From Bilabrum cf. latius (taxonomy: Eukaryota), in the NCBI GenBank assembly GCA_965178125.1, contig OZ237763.1, positions 620,001-684,000 on the forward strand: a stretch of DNA of 64,000 nt, written 5' to 3'. Each line of letters opens with the position of its first letter. The first letter of the stretch is position 1. The notes under the pieces were generated by a model that saw only the letters and a program-made list of their open reading frames with translations, did no database searches and was not told where the DNA came from. This document shows, in pieces, positions 50,252 to 61,100 of this stretch. A program made the translations under genes and the position numbers.

Positions 50252-53200
50252 ATGCAGGAGCGGCGCGGACTGATGGGTGCGTCTAGTTTGGAACGTGACT
50301 CCGTGTCAACCATGCTGTCATTCGGGACCTTGAGCGTACCGTCGCGATTGGAGGACGCTGTAGAAGGTTTTCCGCCTCCCCACGTAGAATCGACGTATAT
50401 TGATCGATGCATTGGCCACGTCCCAGGGGTGTTCCCCGTGAGCCTTGGAATTGCTCTATCAGCGGATGGGTTAGACACTGTAGGACATGCGGCATTCTCG
50501 TCTGCGATTGGAGCCGCAACGGGTAAGCTGAGGAAGCTTCACATAAGAGGCCCTAAAAAACAATCTCGGACACCTAACCAGATGGCTCAGGATGCCCAAA
50601 AGCTGCCCCGTGACAAGCACAGAGGTGCTTCTGATGGAAGCGCATGCAGCGTGTTTCGGCAAGACTCGAGCGATTCATTGGCCCTATCGTTCGGAGAGGA
50701 TACTGACGCCCTTAGAGAGGAAAGCAAAGTTGCTGCAGGGGGAGCCGCTTCGTCCTCCATGGCAGGCAAGGCTCGTGGGCCCGTGCGAGTAGCATCTATA
50801 CAGGCCGTGGCAGTCCTGCGGTCGAGCGCGAACGTTGACCTATTCTTTGGAGTCCGTGACCAATCTGGGGCTACGAAAGAGCCAGATACAGATGTTGACA
50901 GCACATCACACGCACCAGAAGGCCCGATAGCAGCTGCTGCGACCGTTTCTACCACGTCTGCGCAAGCCGCTCACTCGCACGCTGGCCGCGCCTGTCTTCT
51001 TCCCAGACTCTTCGTGGATCTTGGAGGCTGGAACCCTTCAGACAGCGAAATCATAGCCATGGGACGAAGTCATGGAGACTTCACGACCTCGCTGTCTCTT
51101 CGGGACTGCCACCGAGTGTCTGCAGATGGGATCCAGCAGGGTGTCTGCAGGCTCAAGCTGCTCCGAGACCTCGATCTCGCAGGGTGCACTCGAGTGTCAG
51201 CGGCCGCGGTCAGGTCGATCGCCATTCACTGCGTGTCGCTCGAATGCCTGGATCTCTCTGACTGTCTCGCGGTGGACGACGGCGCAGTAAGGGAGCTCTC
51301 GCTGCGGAGCAGGCGCCTCTCCACGCTCAAACTTGCGCGGTTGCCTTTGCTCACAGACCTGGCGTGCCAGGGGCTTCTAGAACGACCGAGGAGATCTGCA
51401 GCTCCGTGGAAGGCGCTCTCGCTGCAGGGATGCGAGCGGATTACCAGCGCGGGGGTGCTCGCCGCCGTGTCACGAAGCAAGGGAGATCCCTCCGAGCTTG
51501 TCGAGCTTGATCTATCCCATATGGCACGGGCCAGTGACCTGTCTTTTCTGGGGGCTAAAATGCCCAAGCTACAGAAAATTGATGTGAGCGGCATCTTGCT
51601 CGGGGACGAAGCGCTCGAGTGGGTAGGACGGGCTGCCGCCGGTGCCCTCAGAGACATTGCTCTGCAAGGTTGCCGCACCATAAGCAAGGTCGGGCTGCAA
51701 GCGCTGTGTGACCAGTGCCCCGACATCGAGGTGCTGGATATTTCGCGATGCTTTCAGCTCGGAGACGAGACGCTAGGCACTCTGGGCGCATGCCTCGTGG
51801 GGTGCAGTCTTCGGGTCGTGCGGCTGGACGGCCTGCGCGAGCTGCACCCACCCAGCCTTCGGGCGTTCTTCGCCGCCTTTCCCAGGCTAGAAACCGTGTC
51901 CTTGGTTGGAGTTGAGAGAGTCGACGACAGGGCCATCGAGATCCTCGCTGGCACGGCGGGGCCCAGGCTGCGGCAGCTCATTTTGACAACGGACTGCAAG
52001 GCCGGAGACGGTGCTTCGAGCTAGTCTGCTCCCGGTCCCAGGATCAGCGACGCGGCGCTCAGGGCACTGGGGAGGCACTGCACGGAGCTGGAAGTATTCC
52101 ATGCGGCTGGAATGCGGCATGCCACAGACAAAGGGGTGAGGCGCCTCCTGGTTGGTTGCTTCCGGCTGCAGCGGGTGTCTATCGGAGGCAGCTCGAAGCT
52201 GACCGATGCATCGCTTTAGGCGATAGGCGCGCGGTGTCGTCGCATGCAGGGGCTGTTTCTTGCGCATTTGCCCTCAATGACCGAGGCTGGTCTTCTCCAG
52301 ATCGCTAGGGGATGCCAGCGACTGAGACAGGTTACGCTGTCTGGATGCGCCAAGGCGGTCACGACACTTGCCGTGATGCACCTGCTGAGGGCGTCCGGCA
52401 ACAGCCTAGTGGAGCTGAGGCTGTCTGGCTGCAGGCGAGTGCAGGTCCTACAGGCCTTCGCAAGGGTGGCCAAAGATGCCAGATCCCTCCAGCTCGTGGA
52501 TCTCTCCTACGGCCCCATACTGTGCGATGCAGCCGTGGGGCTCCTTGCACGGTCGTGCCCTTCCATGCACACGCTCAACGCCAACGGCGCGAGCTCATCG
52601 GTGTCTTCGTCTGCACTGGCTGCTGCTGCGGCCATCCTGCCGCTGGCCCGGCTGAGTCAGACTGGGTACGGCCTGGAGCCCGGGCACGCGATCGCCCGGT
52701 GCACCGAGCTGCTGAGCGCCTCGATTCAGAGGACGGAGCGGTCTGCATGGGCTGTCATCCGGCTGCAGAGCATCTGGCGCGGTCGCGTGGCTCGATGGTT
52801 CGTGGGCAGGATCCGAGAGGCTCGAGAGCGCCTGGAGCAGGCCAGGCGCACGGCAGCTGCGATTCCCGTGCAGGCCGCTGCGAGGAGAAACCTCAAGAGG
52901 AAGGCATACCTGAAGGTGATGGAGATCCGAGCAAGCGCGCAGATTCAGGTCCGGGCTGCGTGGATGGGTCACTACACCCGCAGGCAAGTCAATGAGATGA
53001 AGGATGCCATGGAGCGAGGCTTCAAGCACGCTCTCGCTATCCAGTGCCAATGGAGGTGCCATGTGGCCCGCCGGATGCGCAGGAGGCGAGCCATGCAGGC
53101 CGTCTCCAAGAAGCTACGCCCGTTCCTGCGATACCGCGCGGCCTTATAGCGGGCCGCGATTCGGCTCCAGGCCCACGTGCGAGCCTGGGTGACGCGTCGG

Positions 53201-56200
53201 CGCGCCATCGCATGGATCATGGAGCGGGTTGGGGCTGCGCTGCACATCCAGAGAACATGGCGCGGGAGGCAAGGCCGCCATTTCGCCCACATGTTGAGGG
53301 AGAGACGCAACGGCGCCGCTATTACAATCCAGTGCATGTGCCGCCAGAGGCTTGCGTACTTGGCAGCTTGGCGCCTGCGGATCGAGGCCATGAGGAAGTG
53401 GCAGTGTGCGGCATACCTGCAGGCGATCTACAGGGGGCACAGGGGGAGGCAGCTCGCCAGTGAGATCAAGCAGCTCAAGTTGCAGAGAGACTTGGCGGAG
53501 ACGAGGCGGCTGCAGGAAACGCGCGAGAAAGAGGACAGCGCCGCCCGGTTCCTGCAGCGTACCTATCGTGGGCATGTGGCGAGGCAGCGGGTCACGACGC
53601 TTCGCCAGGCACTGCGGTTTGAATCGAGGCGGCTGCAGGCCGCACGGCGCATTCAGCAGAACTGGAGAGCCAGCAGGTCGAGGAGGATGCTCCGCAGGGC
53701 CAAGGAATTTGCCGTGCAAGGAGCCAAGCTGGCACCGGCACTCGCGGCACTGGGCCAGCGACGGCGGGGGATGATGATGGCAGGGGCAGCGTGCAGCATC
53801 CAGCAGTTCTGGAGGCGGTACACGGCCAGGGACAGGGTCTCTCGCATGCTGGCCGCGGCACGAAAGGGTAGTCTCACGCGCGCGTGGTTCCTGCCCTGGC
53901 GAGACGCCCGAGTCGCCTGCGCCACCAAGATCCAGCGGGCGTTTCGGAGGTGCGCCCGCATCGCCTACTGGCGCGCCATTGCTGCCGCGCTGTTGGCGGG
54001 AAAGAAGGCCCGCCTGCAGGTGCTGGCCGAGGCCGCGGCTCGCCTGATCCAGGCCAGGTGGCGGGCGATCAAGGAGGCGAGGCGGCACCGGGCCATCATC
54101 GAGGCGGAGACGGCGTACCTCAGGGAACAAGCCGAGATGAGGAGAGTGCACCGGGCGGTCACGAGAGCGGACCCGGATCTGGAAAGAGAGGCCCGTGCAA
54201 GGGCACGGATGCACCGGGCGGACAGGGAAGCAAGCGCAAGGGGCAGCAACGCCCTGCGCGCAGCTACTGGTGGGCTGCTGGGCACAGATTCCAAGGAGAA
54301 AGAGCAGGCCGCCGAGTTTGCGGTGCGGTCGATGATGCGTCGCACGGTGAGAGAAGCCGGTGTGGTGAGCGTGGCCATCACGGTAGGCGAGCGGGAGCGG
54401 CTGGAACGGCAGCAGCGGAACGACCGTCTGAAGGAAAGCAGCCGGCCGCACGAGGTCGTACTCAGGTACGACCTCTCGGCGGCGCTGCCCCCTGACAAGG
54501 CCCTCGCTTCATTGCAGCAGAGGAGGCTCGCACTGCAGGCCTCCCTTGTGGCGGAGGGGCTCGGAAGACAGGAGATCCGGGACAGGCTGGCCCGGTGGGA
54601 GCGGCGACGGGAGCCGTCCACGTACGCCAAAGACGTCCGGCTGTGGGTGATGCGGTCCAGCGCCGGGGAACACAAGGGAGAGCCGGTGCAAGATCCCCTC
54701 ACAGATTTGCGACTGGCACCGTTGGCGCAGGGCACCTCCCGGGACGATCTGTACAAGGACAGGGAGACTGCCCGCGCCTCGGGAGATGTAGTCATTTCGC
54801 ACAGGGGGGAGGGGACCAGGCTAGAGCTGCGGGCCAGGCGCGACGGGCCCAAGCGCATCACCCAGATCGCCGTGGGCCCGGTGGACCCACGCATGCTGGA
54901 GGCCCAGGTGCTGCTTAAAGAAGAGATGGAGCCGCTGGGGGTGGACCTGTCCGAGTGCGGGCTTGCGGAAGGCCTGCAGGTCTGGGTCAAGCGGGAGGGG
55001 GTGCCCCGTCCTCCCGCCGCCGAGCAGGCCAAGCAATCGCTGAGCAAAGAGCCGTGGTGGAGCCCCCTGCTGCAGCGGGTGATCGACATGCTCCAACTGC
55101 GTCCGGGTGATGTGGAGCGGCTCCGGGGCATCTTCGAGGGGCAGAAGGGCTTCAAGAAGCGGGCGGGCAGATCCGGGGTTGTCCCTTCCAGGGATATCTT
55201 CCACGGCGTAGAGCTGCCGTACGGAGACTTCTCGAGGCACGTGGTGGTGTTCCTTGGCGTGGGGGACGGGAGCGAGGAGGACGACATGGAGTTCGGGGAG
55301 TGGGCGTGGCTGGTGGCCTCGCTTGGCCTCATGGCCAGGCCCGAGATCGCCCGGCTGGCCTTCTCCTACATCGACAGGGATGGTCTCAAGGCGGTGTCCA
55401 CGGCACAGCTGCTGGCGGGCTGTGAGGAGCTGCTCCGCGTGCATCCCATGGGCGTGTCCCTCTCCATGGTGCGTTCCAAGGCCTCACACCTAAAGAAGAA
55501 CTCGCTCGGGCAGATCCCGCAGTCAGAGTTCGAGGTCCTGGACACGCTCATCCCCGCCGTGTCGTTTCCCGCGCACCACATGAGGCAGCAGTTCGTGACC
55601 CGCGTGCTGGGAGAACGATTCTGGGAGGGTCTCAAGGCAGAGTACCAGGCGGTTCGGCGGAGGCTGAGAAGGCTGAGGGAACTGAAGAAGCTTGCCGAGC
55701 TCGAGGAACCGGATCCTGCCCTGCTTGCGGTGCGGCTGGCAGAGTCATGCGCGAGGAGGAGCCCGCTCGTGAAGCAGGCCTTCGTAGAGAGGGTGAGGGC
55801 GGCCTCGCCGCTCGCGCAACTGACGGGCCAGGGAACGTTCGGTGCTGGCGGGGAACAAAACGCGGCGGGAAAGAAGGACATGCGGGAGCGCGGGGCCGTG
55901 TGCGTGGCGGTCGTGGTGCCCTCTATGCCGGAGTGCGTCCGCTGGGCGGGGCAGAGGCGGTTCTAGGTGGAGCCCTCTGCGGCGGGATATGCCGAGCTCT
56001 GCAGACACGAGGGGCTCAGGAGAGAGGTCATGAGGAGCATCGCACTGCAGTGCAGCAAGGCGGACCTGCCTAGGGACCAGGTCCCCAGGGACCTGGTGCT
56101 GACCGCGGTGCCCTTTGCCGGCAGCAACGGGATGATGCTGCAGCCCTCCGAGCCCGGCAAGGAGCCGACCGTGCTGAATAGAGCTGCCATCCGCGCTGCG

Positions 56201-56920
56201 TACAGGCCGCACCTGCAGATCCTGGCCAAGCGCGTTGCGAGGGAGATGGGCAAGCCCACCGTGCTGGAGGAGCTGGCGAGCGCGGCCCGGGCCTTGTGGC
56301 CTTTCGGTGGAGGCGGAGGTGGAGGGAGAGGCGATACCAGTGGGGGTTAGAGAGGAAGGAGAAGAGAAGGAAGAGGAGGGAAAGGGAATGGGCAGGAAGG
56401 GCAAGGAGAAGGAGATGGCAGCATCATGGCCAGAGCCGCTGGCTTCCTTGGGATGGGGCGGGCAGGAGTACCTGGGATCGGTGCGGGTGCAGGTGCGGGT
56501 GCGGGGGCAAGGGCCGGGACAGGAACTGGGTCCTTGCACAACCGCTCGAGTTCACGAGGTGGAGAAGGGATCTCGGCGGACCAGGGGTACTCCAGGGCTG
56601 TGGCCGAGGTGGCCCGGGATGTGCGGGCCGCGAGTGCCACTGGGGCCAGTCTGCGGCACGGGGGGCCTGGGGGTGGGCTCGCGGGGGAAGAGGGCATGGA
56701 GGTGCTGCAGCACCGGCTGGCCGTGGCGGAGGCGGGCGGGGCGAGGGGCTTTAGGGAGATGCGCAGGGAGATGGCGGCGAGGGCAAGGCAAGCACAGGCG
56801 GAGGGGGAGCATGGGGCGGCAGCGGAGCGAGCGTTGGATGCGGCTGCGGGAAGGAGCAGGAGTGGCGCGCCTCGCATGCTGGTAGGGGGCAAGCCGGTCC
56901 GGGCGATCGGCCCCGGGTGA
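50252..56920 (+). CDS. FBXL/AMN1-type LRR + multiple IQ motifs + EF-hand-like protein; TAG at 52022, 52217, 53147, 55964, 56348
   Basis: Cys-containing LRRs (LDLAGCTRVS, KLTDASL*AIGARC), many IQ motifs (IQRTWRG, LQAIYRG, IQARWR), EF-like MEFGEW and AFSYIDRDG; single frame; TGA stop. Confidence 0.8.
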
Positions 56921-57067
56921 GCCATGCGGCATGCGTCTGCCTGCTGCTGCAGCGCGAGTACACCAGAGGCCACGATAGATTGCCAAAATATATGCTTCTG
57001 TCGATTGAATCTCATACCACCCACAACTCTTTCATTCCTACGTCAAACTAGAGAATGTGCACTGCAA

Positions 57068-57556
57068 TTACTCGTACCGGCCGTACAGGTACGGGTTCTG
57101 GGGCTCCTTGCCCGGCTTGGATTCCACGCACTGCACCCACAGCAAGTACCGCTCTCTCATCAAGGTGTCGAGCTCCGGCTTCGTGAATGGAGGCTTCTAG
57201 GTTCCGTACGACAAACCGGTGTTTGTGAAGTCCATGGCTGCGCAGTGAGCAAAAGTCGAGGAGGGTACGGCCTGTGGAGCAGCATGCAAATATACTTCCA
57301 AGCATTCTTTAGTGCGCACCGGTTCTGAGCTACACACCTAATGACCAATTCAAACGATTACAGATAAATGAAAGCGTAAACATATCATTCTGATTCGCAA
57401 AATCGTCTCACTGAGGCGCACATAATCGGTCCAACGGCGCTTGCAGCGGTGCTTTCCAGGCCTGAAAGGCTGAGCCAAGGAAAAGGGCCTGCCATCCATC
57501 AGGTCAGAGTCCTTGAGAGTGTCTGCGAAGGTCGAACGCTTGCCAGCGCTAGCCAT
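57068..57556 (-). CDS. Small hypothetical spliced protein (exon structure uncertain); in-frame TAG at 57197; TAA stop
   Basis: Exon 1 MASAGKRSTF...CKRRWTDY followed by GT; last exon ..MDFTNTGLSYGT*KPPFTKPELDTLMRERYLLWVQCVE..YGRYE-TAA. The junction is not resolved. Confidence 0.4.
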
Positions 57557-58199
57557 AGTTACCCTATCCTCGAAAGTGCTCCATTTCGACCGCAAACTAG
57601 TTCCGTAATTAATCATTTTAATTTGTCACGGCGCCGCGCATATTTTGTCGATCTACGATGCAATACCGGAATTGATGATCCAAGGCAAAGGCAAAGAGTG
57701 CGGGCGCAATACTCTACGATAAATGATTGAACCGAGCTGCGATTTTTGAATGGCATCAACACGGGTCTATCATCCAGCCGCACCTCGCTCGCCGGACACA
57801 TGTGTCCGGCGAGCAGCTCAGCTGGCCCAATCCCAAACACCACCGCAAGACCCGCGGAGCCGAACCGCAATGCACACAAATCAAAATATATCCAGCTGGC
57901 CAGCCCAGGCGCACCGCCCCACCGCCCACTTCTGGCCAGTGCAGAGGCCAGAGCAAGCACCAAAGCGAGCGGCGTCGCCGCGACAAGAGCGGGCGAGCAC
58001 AGCCGAATCACATGCAAGAAATCAAAGAGTAGCAACCAGAGCGCTCACGGAGCCAAGCTTTCCGGCCCAGATGATCCTCGCGCGGCACAAGCGCGAAACA
58101 TCCTCAGCCGGACAGCCGGTCGCTGGGGGCACCACCAACCACCATGCAGACGGACGCCCCGTCACGACGGCTCCAGAAACCAGAGCATACTGCTTCTGC

Positions 58200-61100
58200 T
58201 CACGCTCTCGACCCGAGCGGCGCAGCCGGCGAGAAGGACGCTGCGCTCCGCAGCAGGTCCGCGCGACTCCCTGCGCGCTGCCCGGTCAGGCCACCAGCCT
58301 GAGGGCCAGGGCCCAGGCGGACCCGCACTCGGGGAACATGGGGGCTGGAGGCACCCGCCGTGGTGACGCCCCCCTCGGTCTCCTCGATGGAGGAAGTGGC
58401 AGACCCGGTGCTGGCGGCGTCTTCGTCATCCCCTCCTCCTGTTCCCTGGCTGGACACGTCCCCGTCGCTCTCCACCTCCACGTCGATGCCGTCACCCACC
58501 GAGGGCATCGCGCCGCCGGAGGCGGACTGGGGGTTCACGCGGTTCTTGTCATTGAGAGCCACACGCAGCTGCACGGCCACGGCAATCGCCGCCACCATGC
58601 CCACGAGCGCCAGCGCCGCCACCACCACGGCACCAACGAGCACAGGCGACACGGCAGAGGGGCCGGGCGCGGAGGCACCGCCGTTGGACCCGCTGCCCTC
58701 GCCGTCCTGGGAGTCGTCACCCGCACCATCGTTCCCTGCACCCTGTTCTGGCTGTTCCCCGATCTCCACGACCAGCCTGTCGGTCAGCTGCACGCCTGCG
58801 CTGGAGCTGGCCGCCTCAAGCGCAGCCTCCGCGGCGGCCCTCTGGCTTGCAGGCACGATCACGATGGAGGCCTCGTTCCCGTCACCGTCCTCAGCGTTGA
58901 GGAACACCTGGGCGTCCACGCCTGCCGCCTGCACGGTGGCAGTCAGCTGGTAGGCAGCAGCGGCCTCGGCAGTGTTGAGCGAGGAGAAGACGGTCGCGTC
59001 GCCGGTCTCGGCAGCCACCTGCACCTGCATAATGGTGAACACGCCGGCGGTGCTGGCGGCGAACCGAGATGAAACGCCCAGGGCGGCGGGTGATCCGGTG
59101 CTGGCCGAAGACACGCCGCCGCGGATGGAGGACGCAGAAGCGGCGCCGCCGGAGGAGGAGGAACCAGTGCCTGCGGGCTCCAGATCGGCCCTGGTGATGG
59201 GCAGGCGGGTGTAGCCGAAGCTCCTGGTGCTGATGTGCCTCAGGTCAGCGTCCGACTCGAGCAGGTAGGCGGAGATGCGCACGTCCCTCTTGTTCCTCAG
59301 GGAACCCACGGGCACCACTGCGATCGTCTCGGTGCACCGCTGCAGCACCAGCTGGGCGGACCAGTCGATGGAGGAGTGCCTCGTCTCGCGCAGCACGACG
59401 GTCACAGAGTCAGGGTCGAACCGCTCGTCGGAGCAGTACCGGAGGGTGAGGGCGATGGACCCGTCGGCCAGGCGGTTGGTGTCTCCCACCACAGTCTCAA
59501 AGTCCACAAGGGCAGAGTTGGTGCGAGTCGGGGCGTAGTTCGCCACCGGGTAGCCGGGGATGATCTCCGCCGCTTCGAAGGTGGGCACGCAGTTGCGGCC
59601 GAAGCTCACCTCCTCCCGGCGGGTCTGCACCCAGTTGCCCTCGCGCGAGCTGTACGTGGATAGCGCGAACCGCAGGTCGTTCTTGTTCCTAAAGGTAGAC
59701 CGGGGGCCGAGCACGAGCACCTTGGATTGCCCGTTCTCGAGCTCGACGACCTTGTTGAAGCTCACGCTCGAGTGCCTAGACTCGGACACCAGGAAGCGCT
59801 TGCTGTCCGGCCCGAACCGGTCAAAGTAGCTAACACGCACCGCCACGTCGCACTCCTCCACGGAGCGGCCGTTGTTGTCCACCCACCCGGTCCATCCGGG
59901 GGCGCGCCTGTCCTTCCAGATGGTCTCGATGCGGCCGCCCCACGAGGACCACGAATCGTACCCTTTGGTCTCCGAGGGGACGAAGGCCGCCAGGTCGCTC
60001 TCATCGCTGTAGTCGTTCGTGCAGTGCCGGCCAATGTCAAGGCTGCGAGTGGTGCGCCATTCTGCCCTCCAGGTGTCGTAGTACTGCAGGCTGATCCTGA
60101 TGTCGTTCTTATTGCGGAAATCTGCCCTGCTGCCGAGGTTCAGCAGCGTCTCCTGCCCGTTGGTCAGGGTGACTTGGAAGGCCCGCTGGATGGAAGAGTG
60201 CCTGGTCTCGCGCACCACGAACGTCCGCTTCTCGCCCTCGCAGCCAGAGGGGTCGTTGAAGGCCACGCGCACCACCACGTCGCATCCGGGGGAGCGGTTG
60301 CGGCCGTACACGGCTGAGATCGTGCCCCTGCTCCAGGTCCTCTCCACGGTGGAGCGTGGGAACTCGGCGGACACCGCGGCCGCCTCGGGGAACGTCTCCA
60401 GGTCCCTGCTGCCGAGGTCGATCGACATGCGCTGGCGCCAGTTGCCGCGGACGTTCCACCACATCGAGTCGTAGAACAGCCCGAACCGCACGTCGTTCTT
60501 ACGCCCCAGGTCCTCCCTGGAGCCCATGTCGATGATGGCGGAGAAACCGTTCTGCAGCGTTACCTGCCTCTCAACATCAACGCTGCTGTGCCTGGTCTCC
60601 CTCACGCGGAAGGTGGTCTAAGAGGGCCCGTCGGGATCGTAGTAGGCCACGCGCATGACGGCGCGCCCCTCGGCCGACCGGCGGTTGCCGTACAAGGCCT
60701 CTAGCCTGCCGCCCTGGCCGGTCACCTGGTCCCACCGGAGATCGACGGGCTGCAGCGTGGAGCGGTCTGCCTCCGGGGGCGAGCTAAGGCACTGCCGGCC
60801 GATGCTTAGCGAGCGGCACGTCTGGATCCAGCCGCCGCGGCCGTCGGGTCGCAGCATGGTGATCCTCACATCGTTCTTGTTGCCGAAAGTGGCCCTGTCG
60901 CCGAGGTCCACCAGAGCGGTTGTGCCGAGCTCCATGGTGATCTGTCTCGCGAGCGGAATGCTGCTGTGCCGGGTCTCGCGCAGCAAGAATGTCGCAGTGG
61001 GAGCAAGCTCGGCAGTATCCCCGGCGTACGACACGCGCACGATGACGCGGCAGTTCTCGTCCCGCTGGTTGTTGGCGATTGCGTACTCGAGGCGCCCCCA

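Noticed and set aside
749-60620. Mass pseudogenisation as the explanation for internal stops
   Set aside because: Only TAG occurs, never TAA, TGA or frameshifts. Catalytic motifs are intact and essential genes are affected.
749-60620. TAG as Trp (A-to-I editing), Leu, Tyr, Glu or pyrrolysine
   Set aside because: Informative positions match Gln and none matches a conserved Trp, Leu or Tyr. U-to-C editing cannot be excluded from DNA alone but is less parsimonious.
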